This document shows, piece after piece, positions 50,120 through 59,319 of a stretch of DNA of 64,000 nt. Source of the stretch: a bacterium (GTDB lineage: Bacteria > Hinthialibacterota > Hinthialibacteria > Hinthialibacterales > Hinthialibacteraceae); contig CAXXSM010000073.1 of the NCBI GenBank assembly GCA_963663405.2, positions 1-64,000 of the forward strand, given 5' to 3'. The translations under genes and the position numbers were made by a program. The notes below the pieces were generated by a model that was not told where the DNA came from, did no database searches, and saw nothing but the letters and a program-made list of their open reading frames with translations. The stretch's first letter is position 1, and the number at the start of each line of letters is the position of its first letter.

Positions 50120-51586
50120 TTATGTGCTATTTTTATTACTCGAAAAGACGGTTTTAGACAACGCCCATGCGGATTGAAGAATTCCTTTTAAATAGCGTGG
50201 ACTTGGATTTCGAAGAATTCGGCCTGTGTAAGAGAGAAACGTCCGGGGCCGGAAATAGAAATCCCTCCAGATTTTGCGTTGCCAATAGAGAAGGTCATCC
50301 GCCGTCAATCCATGTGGAACGAAGACCGGTTCAAGAAGATTCATTTTCGTCCAGTCATCGCTAAATGTCCCATATTCATGAGCCTCGCGGAACAATCGCG
50401 AACCGGGAAATGGTGTCATGCATGTGACGCTGATATCTGAAAATGGAAGCGTCCGGGTTAATTGATGCGTCGCCTGGAGCGTTTCCCTCGTCTCCCCAGG
50501 ATGCCCAACGATGAAAAATCCCTTGGCCAGAATCCCGGCGTTGACTGTGTTTCGAACGCCATCTTCAATTTGGTCCAGCGTCAATTTTTTCGATTCCCGG
50601 TCAAGGATTTCCTGCGATCCACTTTCAACGCCATAGCTGATATGCCAGCATCCGGCCAGTTTCATAATCCGCAGCAGTTCCGGTTTCGCCAGATTGACAC
50701 GGCTGTTGCAGGCCCAGCTCATCTTGAGATTACTTCGCGCGAGCAAATCACAAAATCGTTCGACATTTTGACGATCGAGCATAAATGTATCGTCTTCAAA
50801 TGTAATGTCCCGAATACCAAACTGTTTGTTTAAATACTCAAACAACTCGACCATGTATTCAGCGGAATGCGCCCTGACAATCTTGCCAAATACGCTTGTA
50901 TCGCAAAAACTGCATGAAAAAGGGCACCCCCGTGAACTGACGAAAGAGGTGGATGGAGTTTGTTTGACTTTAAATAGAGCGGGTGTATAGCGTTCGGGAA
51001 ATCCAGCGAGCTTGTCCCAGGCGGGGAAGGGAAGCGAGTCGAGTTCCATAAACGGCGCCCAGGATGGAGTCCGTTTGATTTCACCGTTGTCAGCGCGGTA
51101 CGCGATACCTGCGACATGGGAATAGTCCGGTTTTTCCTCATGAATGGCGTCCAGAAGATCGAGAATCGTACGCTCACCCTCTCCAGTCGCCACTGCGTCA
51201 AAATGTGGACAACGTAGAAGAGTTTCTTCCGGAACGGCGGACGGGTGGGGGCCACCGGCGATGATCGGCGCGCTGGGCCAACGTTCTTTAACAATCTTCG
51301 CGAATCGTTCCGCCGGTATCGCGGATAATGTTGTAATCGAGAACGCGAAGGCGGCGGGCGTGACGTCCCGCAGTCGCTCCATACATTCGGCGGCGGTTAG
51401 CTCTTCCGCGGCGGCGTCGATGACAATCGCTTCCGCCCCGTGTTCCTGTATCAGCGCGGCGAGAATCAGAAGCCCCAAACTGGGGACACAGTTTCCGGAA
51501 GCCGCCAAACTCCCATATCGCTCCGCCAACGTTACAGGAGGGGTCATTAAGACAATTGTTCCACCGGCTTTCGATCGAGTTCCCAT
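50120..51586 (-). CDS. Cobalamin-binding radical SAM protein (class B methyltransferase/HpnJ-like architecture)
   Basis: PSLGLLIL, GGPHPS, GEGE; SRGCPFSCSFC; FEDDTF; GVESGS; GHPGET; PFPGS. Confidence 0.9.
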   Translation of the reverse strand: MGTRSKAGGTIVLMTPPVTLAERYGSLAASGNCVPSLGLLILAALIQEHGAEAIVIDAAAEELTAAECMERLRDVTPAAFAFSITTLSAIPAERFAKIVKERWPSAPIIAGGPHPSAVPEETLLRCPHFDAVATGEGERTILDLLDAIHEEKPDYSHVAGIAYRADNGEIKRTPSWAPFMELDSLPFPAWDKLAGFPERYTPALFKVKQTPSTSFVSSRGCPFSCSFCDTSVFGKIVRAHSAEYMVELFEYLNKQFGIRDITFEDDTFMLDRQNVERFCDLLARSNLKMSWACNSRVNLAKPELLRIMKLAGCWHISYGVESGSQEILDRESKKLTLDQIEDGVRNTVNAGILAKGFFIVGHPGETRETLQATHQLTRTLPFSDISVTCMTPFPGSRLFREAHEYGTFSDDWTKMNLLEPVFVPHGLTADDLLYWQRKIWRDFYFRPRTFLSYTGRILRNPSPRYLKGILQSAWALSKTVFSSNKNST

Positions 51587-51724
51587 GGTTATAATATTAA
51601 TGGGGATTGCCCGGATTGGAAATGAGTTTAAACATGTCCTGGATTTTAACTATTATTTTGGAATGCAGGATCAAACCCTAGTGATTGTTATGATTGAAGA
51701 ATTATATATATTTGATGAAAATAA

Positions 51725-52720
51725 ATGAACAAAATTTCCCCTGAACTCTCTTTCATCGTCCCTGTCTTCAATGCCGAAGAAACACTGCTGGAAAGCCTTC
51801 GGCGCATTCATTCGCAGGAATTTCCTTCGCCCTTTGAAATTGTGATTGTTGATGATGGCTCCACGGATCGGTCATATGAAATCGCACGGGAATGGGCCGC
51901 GTCTGTGGAGGTTAAACGGGAAAAGGTCTCAGTCAATCTATTCTCGATACCCCATGCAGGAGAAGCGGCGGCTATGAACGCGGGAATCCAAGCGGCGCAA
52001 GCTCCCATCATCGCCTGGGTCGAGAGTGACGTCGAACTGGAGCCCGATTGGCTGCGGACGCTGACGCCGGAATTGGAGGAGGAAGGAATTGCCGGCGCTG
52101 GAGGATGGCTGCTTCCAGCGGAAAACGGCGCGGCTATCGCGCAGATTTTCGGTTATGAGATCGCGTATAAAATAAGAACGAATCCACCCTATCCCCGTCA
52201 CGTTACCAGCGCCAACGCAATCTATAAAAAATCAATATTTGAAGAACTGGGTCTTTGCCGGGAGGATTTGGCGGAATCGAGTTTCGATTCGGAATACAAT
52301 CAACGGATCCTTGAACGTGGATACCGGCTCAAGTTCAATCCCAACGCGATTGCGCGGCATCATTTTAAATCCCGTTTTATCGATTGTCTGCGCCGGACTG
52401 TATGGTATGGGTATAAACGCCCGTTCGTAAAAGGCCAAGTGTTATATCCCTTTGATTGGTGGAGTGGAATTACCGCGCTCACCTGCGGCTTTCTTTTACC
52501 CGCCTTTATTGCTGTTTGGTATTCTCCATTCATTGCGCTGATCTGTCTGGCGGCCTGTGTTGGCGCTCACATTCTCTATTCATTCATCTTGTTCCAACGG
52601 TTCAAGAAGGCTGTTTTACTGCTGGCGGCGCCGGTTTTCTTCATTCGAAACGGCGCGTTGCTTCTCGCGTATGCTTATGGATGGATTATCAAATTATTGC
52701 AATCACAAAAAGGCGAATGA
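51725..52720 (+). CDS. Glycosyltransferase family 2 with C-terminal TM helices
   Basis: SFIVPVFN, VDDGSTD, ESD at the DxD position. Confidence 0.88.
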   Translation: MNKISPELSFIVPVFNAEETLLESLRRIHSQEFPSPFEIVIVDDGSTDRSYEIAREWAASVEVKREKVSVNLFSIPHAGEAAAMNAGIQAAQAPIIAWVESDVELEPDWLRTLTPELEEEGIAGAGGWLLPAENGAAIAQIFGYEIAYKIRTNPPYPRHVTSANAIYKKSIFEELGLCREDLAESSFDSEYNQRILERGYRLKFNPNAIARHHFKSRFIDCLRRTVWYGYKRPFVKGQVLYPFDWWSGITALTCGFLLPAFIAVWYSPFIALICLAACVGAHILYSFILFQRFKKAVLLLAAPVFFIRNGALLLAYAYGWIIKLLQSQKGE

Positions 52721-53967
52721 TGAGAATCCTCCATGTCATACCCTATTTCCCTCCCGCCCATTCCTACGGAGGCGTTCCCGAGGCGGTATACTCGTTAGCG
52801 CAGGCGCAGGCGGAACTCGGTCATGATGTTGTTGTTTGGACAAGTGACGCAGGTATTCAACTTGGCGCCGAACGGGAAGGGATCACTCTTGAGTGGCAAA
52901 CGGATTCTCACATTCGAGCCATAGGCAAGATGGCTGGTATGCGGGTAATCTACGTCCGCAACCGTTGGCCCTTCTTGGCTGAACGGTTTAAGGTATTTAC
53001 CGCTGATTATCTACGAGCTGAAACGTTTTCGGCGCCGATTGAAAAATTCGATATTCTCCATCTGCATGAATCCTATATCCTAGGCTATGGGCGCCTCGCG
53101 CGTTGGGCGGTTGGAAAGGGAGTCGCGATCTGTCATTCTCCCCACGGTTCGCTGTTACCTCCCGTTCATCGATCGATCAAAAAAGCGCTTCACGCGTGGA
53201 TTGATCCGCTCCTGCGTAGAAAATGGTTCCCATACATCTCCGCGTTTTTTGCGCTTTGTAAGAATGAACGGGAACAGATTTTATCGTGCGGCGCGTCAGT
53301 GGATTCAATCCATATCATTCCACATAGCGCCCCTTCATTCGCCGCTTCTCCTATCCCGCTTCCATTTGATTTTCCTCCGTTGGACAACGCTCCAACATTT
53401 TTGTGCGTTGGACGAATAGCCATAGCGAAAGGTATTGATATTGTTGTAAAGGCGTTTGTTGATTTATGGAAGAAAGGTCAATCCGCGCGCTTAGTCTTTT
53501 GTGGGCCTGATGAAGGAGGCGTTGGATTGATAACCGACGCGATAAACGCGGCTGGAATTCCCTTTTTTCAAGGCTATATAGAAAATGCCGTGGGAGTATA
53601 TATCCTTCCACCGATTCCGCATGATTGCTTACCTGGCCTATATGAGAGTGCGGATATAACACTCTGTCCCTCCCCCTATGAATCTTTCGGATTAACGGTC
53701 GCGGAATCTCTTTCTTTTGGAACGCCGGTGATTGTGACGGCGGCTTATGGGTGTTTGGAACACCTATCCGCGCCGGAAGAGATGATGGAAATCATTCCCC
53801 CTAACGACGCGCGCGCCATGCGGGCCGCGATGGAGCGAATGAGATGGAAGAAGGAATTAAGGCGGGAGAAGATAAGAAACCACGATATCTTGCCCTCTCA
53901 ATCCGCTATCGCTGGACAGACGCTTTCCATCTATCAAAATCTGTTGAAACACCGTTCTCATGTGTAG
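52717..53967 (+). CDS. Glycosyltransferase family 4
   Basis: HVIPYF...YGG; VGRI...KG; ESFGLTVAESL. Confidence 0.88.
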   Translation: MMRILHVIPYFPPAHSYGGVPEAVYSLAQAQAELGHDVVVWTSDAGIQLGAEREGITLEWQTDSHIRAIGKMAGMRVIYVRNRWPFLAERFKVFTADYLRAETFSAPIEKFDILHLHESYILGYGRLARWAVGKGVAICHSPHGSLLPPVHRSIKKALHAWIDPLLRRKWFPYISAFFALCKNEREQILSCGASVDSIHIIPHSAPSFAASPIPLPFDFPPLDNAPTFLCVGRIAIAKGIDIVVKAFVDLWKKGQSARLVFCGPDEGGVGLITDAINAAGIPFFQGYIENAVGVYILPPIPHDCLPGLYESADITLCPSPYESFGLTVAESLSFGTPVIVTAAYGCLEHLSAPEEMMEIIPPNDARAMRAAMERMRWKKELRREKIRNHDILPSQSAIAGQTLSIYQNLLKHRSHV

Positions 53968-54070
53968 ATGAAACCTCGATCGGTTCCTATAATAAGGGAT
54001 CGGCCGGCTGGCTTTTAGTTTTACCGTTCCGTTCGATACAAATCCCGCAGCGAGCACTGGATGTATTTCA

Positions 54071-54850
54071 TTGGACAAGAGCAACGAGAATTGCCCAATT
54101 CAAACCAATCGGACATTGATACTGGTTCCTGCGTATAATGAAGAAAAGCATTTAAAGGGGTTTTTACCTTGTCTGATACAGGAGGCGCGTTTGATCGCCG
54201 CGGATGTCATTGGAGTGAATGACGCCTCCACCGATGGCACCCCCGCTCTTTTTCAGAAATTTGGCGTCCGGACATTAAATCATCCCATCCAGATGGGATA
54301 TGGCACAACGCTGCAAACCGGGTATAAATATGCGCTGCGGAACGGCTATGATTACGTTATCCAACTGGACGCGGACGGACAGCACGATCCCCGCTTTTTA
54401 ACGCGTTTCTATCGGCATTTGACACGGGGGGACGCGGAGATCGTTATCGGATCCCGGTTTCTGAAAGAATCCCGGCCGTCCTTTTATCCGACCGGTCCTC
54501 TATATTCAGGAACTTTACTGCGCCGGATCGGCATCGTCCTATTCCGGATTGCGATTGTGATCCTAGGTTGGCGTTATGTGTCCGATCCGACAAGTGGATA
54601 TATTGGATTTAACCGCAGGGCGCTTCAATTTTTCTGTGGAAAGGGATTTCCATTCGATTATCCAGACGCCGATCTGATCCTTACGTTGATCCGGAATCGA
54701 TTCAAGCTGATGGAAATCCCGGTTTATATGTACGCGAATTCAGAGTATGGGAAACTGCACCGCGGTTGCCGTCCATTGTGGTATATCTTCAAAGTCTCGC
54801 TCTCTTTGTTGGTCACATCGATTCGCGGCCGGGAAAGAGAGCTGCACTAA
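54071..54850 (+). CDS. GT2 polyprenol-phosphate glycosyltransferase (DPM1/GacI-like)
   Basis: VPAYNEE, NDASTD, QLDADGQHDP, IGSRF, DPTSG. Confidence 0.88.
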   Translation: MDKSNENCPIQTNRTLILVPAYNEEKHLKGFLPCLIQEARLIAADVIGVNDASTDGTPALFQKFGVRTLNHPIQMGYGTTLQTGYKYALRNGYDYVIQLDADGQHDPRFLTRFYRHLTRGDAEIVIGSRFLKESRPSFYPTGPLYSGTLLRRIGIVLFRIAIVILGWRYVSDPTSGYIGFNRRALQFFCGKGFPFDYPDADLILTLIRNRFKLMEIPVYMYANSEYGKLHRGCRPLWYIFKVSLSLLVTSIRGRERELH

Positions 54851-54891
54851 CGGCGTGGTGAATGAACGTTATCAAATGAAGGAGTTCAAAT

Positions 54892-55263
54892 ATGCTGCCG
54901 TTTCGACAACAGATACTAATTTTAATCGTCAGCGGTTCGTTATTAATGGTTATTATTTATTTGATTCAAAAACGCAGGATGTTGGAACTCTATTCCGTCG
55001 TGTGGTTTTTGATTAGTATTCTCTCAATCTCTTGTCTTTGGCTATATCCTTTTGTCGTTTGGCTGACCGAATTCATCGGGGCGGGATTTACGTCGTCCAC
55101 CATTCTTTTTATCGGCGTTTTCATGGGATTATTGTTAAATATGCAATTGTGTGTAAAGTTGACTGAATTAACCCACCGGCAGAAAGATCTCATCCAAGAA
55201 ATTACACTGCTGCAAAATGAATTGTCCGAGTTGCGTAGGGATCACAACGCGTCTTCTTCATAA
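54892..55263 (+). CDS. DUF2304 membrane protein (GacJ-like accessory)
   Basis: Three TM helices plus a C-terminal coiled coil (KDLIQEITL); follows a DPM-like GT2. Confidence 0.8.
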   Translation: MLPFRQQILILIVSGSLLMVIIYLIQKRRMLELYSVVWFLISILSISCLWLYPFVVWLTEFIGAGFTSSTILFIGVFMGLLLNMQLCVKLTELTHRQKDLIQEITLLQNELSELRRDHNASSS

Positions 55264-55308
55264 AAGCTGGCGCTTTGGCGCTTTGTTCGATTTATCATTA
55301 GGAATCCG

Positions 55309-57186
55309 ATGAATACAATTGAACCTACTCCAAATAGACCCGTTTGGCGCGTTCTTGCCTGGGGCGCGTTGCTTTGTTTGCTGATTTGCGCCGTTTACAT
55401 CCCCGCCCTTTGGGGAGGGCTGTATTTGGATGATAAACGCTTTATTTTTGATAATAATAACATACATAGCCTCTCTTCCATCCCTTATTTATGCATCCAT
55501 TTTTTTTATATTCGTGGATGGACACAGATATCCTTCGCTTTCGATTGGTATTTGTACAATGGCAGCGCGCTGGGAATGCACATCACTAGCATTATCCTGC
55601 ATCTGTTGGCTACGCTGTTGGTTTGGTTGACGGCTTCCCGTTTGCTGAATGGATTCGGTGATTCCTCCAAAGAGAACAGAACGATCTTTCCATCAGGTTA
55701 TCTCGCGGCGGTCTTTTTTGGTTTGCATCCCATCGCTACGCAACCCGTCACGCATTTGATCTCCCGCGCTAACATTCTCGCGGTTTTGTTCTATCTCGTT
55801 GGATTCTGGTTCACTTTAAAACTGATGCAAAAAGGATTCCAGGAGGATGGCGCCCACGAACGAGAGCGGTCACGGTTGCTGTTCATATCCTGCGCCGCTG
55901 GAGTAATCACTGTTCTCGGTCTTGGCGCCAAGGAAATTATTGTGACGCTGCCCGCGATGGTCTTAATTACCGCCGCTATCTATTGGCGAGAGGAGACTGT
56001 TTCTATTCTTTTCAGGCGTTTAGCGATTCTCACCATTCCCTTTCTCCTCTTCGCAGTATTGTTTTGCGCCACCCGTGTTATTGTCTTAGGCGGTGTGCTG
56101 GGATTTGAAGATGCGGCAATGCGCCCTTGGACCGTGAACTTGATGACGCAGGCTTGCGTCATTGTGTTATATTACATTCCGAAGATATTCTTCCCGCTGC
56201 GCCTTTATTATGATCCCTATTATCCCGAGATCCATTCATTGAATCTATCTGTTCTTTTTTCCGCTGGACTGATTCTCGCGCTGTTAGTGTTCGCTGTATT
56301 AATGTATAAGAGAGCGCCGGTTGTTTCTCTTGGGATTCTCTGGTTTTTTGTCACGCTCTCCGTCACGTCTTCGTTTATTCCTTTAGCCGACGTTGTGGCG
56401 GAGCGGCGCGTTTATCTTTCTCTCATCGGATTGAGTTTTATTTTTGAATTCATCGTCTTGTGGTTCTTCCAGTTCCGTAAATTCCACGTTTTCACCTATC
56501 TCTTCTGCGTCTGTCTGGTGATTTCTTTTTCTTATCGGACGTATCTTCGGAACACTGATTTTAAGGATATTTATCAGATCTACGAAACCGATTTAAAACA
56601 GCAATTGACGTATGGAAAAGCTCGCCCCCGAACCATTCATGGGATCGTCAAAGAATCACTATTGACCGACCAGCTCGAAAAAGGGAACGCGATTCTTACA
56701 AAATACAACATCGATTTATTCTATATGATGAACCAAGACTTAAAACTGGATGACAAGCACGATTTCCTGTTGTTCGCCTATACGTTCGACTGGAATGACA
56801 AAAGACTGATCTCTATCGCGGAGGATTTAGTGAATGAGAATCCAAAAAAAGCCGGATATTTAATCACGTTGCAAAACCTTTATCTCATTCATGGAAGGTA
56901 TAATGACGCGGAAACGATTGTTGACCGTACGCTGAAGCTATACCCTCTCGATCTCGATTCTTTGCTGAACAAAGCCAATCTTTATAAAGTAAAAGGAGAT
57001 ACAAAAAACGTTCTCAAATATATCCAAATCGCCCGAAAATATTATCCCAACCATGTCAAACCTATCACCCATTTGATTTACTATAATCAAGCCTTTGGCT
57101 TGGAAACAAAAGAGTTGGAAGAGGAACTCGAACGGTTAAAAAAACTCCCACAAAATCAATTTGAAACCTTACGGGTGTTGGAATAA
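55309..57186 (+). CDS. TMTC-like GT-C membrane glycosyltransferase with C-terminal TPRs
   Basis: YLDD loop, HPIATQPV, KE, VVAERRVYL; many TM helices; TPR-like tail. Confidence 0.78.
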   Translation: MNTIEPTPNRPVWRVLAWGALLCLLICAVYIPALWGGLYLDDKRFIFDNNNIHSLSSIPYLCIHFFYIRGWTQISFAFDWYLYNGSALGMHITSIILHLLATLLVWLTASRLLNGFGDSSKENRTIFPSGYLAAVFFGLHPIATQPVTHLISRANILAVLFYLVGFWFTLKLMQKGFQEDGAHERERSRLLFISCAAGVITVLGLGAKEIIVTLPAMVLITAAIYWREETVSILFRRLAILTIPFLLFAVLFCATRVIVLGGVLGFEDAAMRPWTVNLMTQACVIVLYYIPKIFFPLRLYYDPYYPEIHSLNLSVLFSAGLILALLVFAVLMYKRAPVVSLGILWFFVTLSVTSSFIPLADVVAERRVYLSLIGLSFIFEFIVLWFFQFRKFHVFTYLFCVCLVISFSYRTYLRNTDFKDIYQIYETDLKQQLTYGKARPRTIHGIVKESLLTDQLEKGNAILTKYNIDLFYMMNQDLKLDDKHDFLLFAYTFDWNDKRLISIAEDLVNENPKKAGYLITLQNLYLIHGRYNDAETIVDRTLKLYPLDLDSLLNKANLYKVKGDTKNVLKYIQIARKYYPNHVKPITHLIYYNQAFGLETKELEEELERLKKLPQNQFETLRVLE

Positions 57187-57302
57187 TAGGCAAAAGAACC
57201 TTTGAAAAACCTGATAGTCATATCGTGAATCATTCCCGGTGGATCGATAAAGCGTGAGGCGCCCTACCGCGACTCATATTCTTTTGCACGTTGTGATCTC
57301 AA

Positions 57303-57587
57303 TTATGCTGGTTTTATGTTTTTTGTTTCTTGATCGATTCGTTCTTTTAAGAAGATTTTGATCAATGATTGATAGGGAACATCTCTTTTATTGGCGATTG
57401 TTTTGATTTGATCCAAAACAAATTCGGGAAGCCGTAAAGAGATTGTCTTGGTGGAAGGTTTTAATTTGGGAAACGTTACTCGTTCCGCTTTCTTCCAATC
57501 GATATATTCGGTCGAATCGTTCTCCGCCCAAAACGCTCTTTCTTCATCTTGGTCTTTAAATGGTGGAATCGTTTTTCGTTTGTTCAT
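57303..57587 (-). CDS. BrnA/CopG-like antitoxin
   Basis: IPPFK..DEERAFW...DSTEY; TISLRLP...PYQSLIK. Confidence 0.85.
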   Translation of the reverse strand: MNKRKTIPPFKDQDEERAFWAENDSTEYIDWKKAERVTFPKLKPSTKTISLRLPEFVLDQIKTIANKRDVPYQSLIKIFLKERIDQETKNIKPA

Positions 57588-57640
57588 AATACATTCTTCG
57601 CTCCCTATTATTCATATCTCTTGTGGAGATCATTCTGTAT
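57556..57640 (-). pseudogene. 3' remnant of a BrnT toxin gene
   Basis: RMISTRDMNNRERRMY resembles the BrnT C-terminus and overlaps the brnA start; a possible IEG/EWNE 5' remnant lies beyond the IS3 at about 59238-59265. Confidence 0.55.
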
Positions 57641-57785
57641 CTCATTTTTTCATATATTCTTATAGGAATGATAGGTCTAAGCGAAATGGTTTTTTGTTCA
57701 TGTTAATTATACTTCTATACTGTACCCCAAAATTCGGACAGCCATCTAAGGTAGGTTACCTCGAAGCCGACAATAGGTAGAAGAG

Positions 57786-58085
57786 GTGAACCAAATGATG
57801 AAAATGCGAAAAAATTTTGATGGAGCGTTCAAAGGCAAAGTGGCACTGGAGGCAATCAAAGGAGAGAAGACCTTAACCCAGATAGCGAGCGATTACAAAA
57901 TTCATGTGAGCCAGATTCGACAGTGGAAAAAGCGCCTGTTGGAAGAAATCCCAGGCTTGTTTTCACGCAAGCAAGAAAAGAGTCAAGCGGAAGCCGAAGA
58001 ACTGACGTCGGAACTTTACCGCCAGATTGGGCAAATGAAAGTCGAACTTGATTGGGTAAAAAAAAAGTCTAACGTGCTCAGTTAA
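57786..58085 (+). CDS. IS3 transposase OrfA
   Basis: FKGKVALEAIKGEKT...QIRQWKK...LYRQIG...ELDWVKKK. Confidence 0.9.
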   Translation: MNQMMKMRKNFDGAFKGKVALEAIKGEKTLTQIASDYKIHVSQIRQWKKRLLEEIPGLFSRKQEKSQAEAEELTSELYRQIGQMKVELDWVKKKSNVLS

Positions 58086-58906
58086 GAAAAGACGAAGTTG
58101 GATCGAACTAACTAATTCTGAGATTTCAATAAAGAGGCAATGTGAATTGCTGGGGTTGTCTCGTTCAGGATTTTATTATCAACCCGTGGGCGAATCAGCC
58201 GAAAATGTAGCGCTGATGAACCTGCTTGATGAACAATATACCCGGACACCGTTTTACGGAATTCGGAAAATGCAGAAATGGTTGAGAACTCTAGGACGGG
58301 TTGTGAATAAGAAACGAATCGGTCGTTTAATGCGAGTGATGGGCTTGGAGACGATCTACCCGAAGCCTCGTTTGAGCCTCGGAAATGTTCAGCATAAGAA
58401 ATATCCATACCTGTTGAAGGGAGTGAAAATCGAAAGACCCAATCACGTGTGGAGCACCGATATCACCTATATACGTATGCGCCAAGGATTTGTTTACCTG
58501 GTGGCGATCTTAGGACTGGTTTAGTCGTTATGTGGTGTCATGGAAAGTCTCCACTTCGATGGAGGTTGACTTTTGCCTCGAAGCGTTGGAGATGGCTTTT
58601 GAAATTGATAAGCCAACGATCTTCAACAGTGACCAAGGCTCTCAATTCACAAGCACGGATTTTACGAGTCGCTTGAAGAAAGAGAGGACTCTCATCAGCA
58701 TGGATGGAAGAGGCCGAGTGTTCGATAATATTTTCGTCGAACGGTTATGGCGGTCAGTGAAATATGAGGAGGTCTATATCAAAAGTTACGAAACGGTGAA
58801 TGATTGTGTGCGCGGACTAACGGATTATTTTCAGTTCTACAATAATGAGCGTCTACACCAAGCCTTGGGATATAAGACGCCGCTTCAGGTTTATAGAGAA
58901 CACTAG
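58060..58906 (+). pseudogene. IS3 transposase OrfB (rve integrase) with an extra frameshift near 58512
   Basis: WSTDITYI...YLVAIL / DWFSRY interrupted by one extra G; NSDQGSQF, DNIFVERLWRSVKYE in the next frame. Confidence 0.85.
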
Positions 58907-59319
58907 AAAACTTGACGGTCCAAGAACTTTGCGTTTGAGTTTTTTAAGGCATTGGCAAATGCTCTGGATTATCTTGAAATGATCGAAAAAAGGGGATGAT
59001 CTGATACGTCTCCCTGACGGCAATCCGTCGCACACGCACCAGGATATCCCTTGACCGGTTGCTCTACAGCAGAACCGATCTCCGTTTCTCCTGGTAGTGT
59101 ATAATATCGGAAAGTTTTATGAGAATCTGGAATCATCATGATTTCCGGATCCCAAATAAGGAGACTTGAGTTGAACGAAATCGAGGTTGAAAACCTACTT
59201 TAAATTTCCTTGATTCCTGTCTTGACAATGGGGTACACCTCATTCCACTCATCCTTCTATGAATTTTGATTTTATATATTGTGTAGCTCTTTCTATATTA
59301 TCGATTTAAGTTCATTGAT

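Larger units (their letters stand above)
57721..59237 (+). mobile_element. IS3-family insertion sequence
   Basis: Ends TGTACCCC...GGGGTACA; orfA/orfB with an A-run slippery site near 58058; no clear target duplication. Confidence 0.92.
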
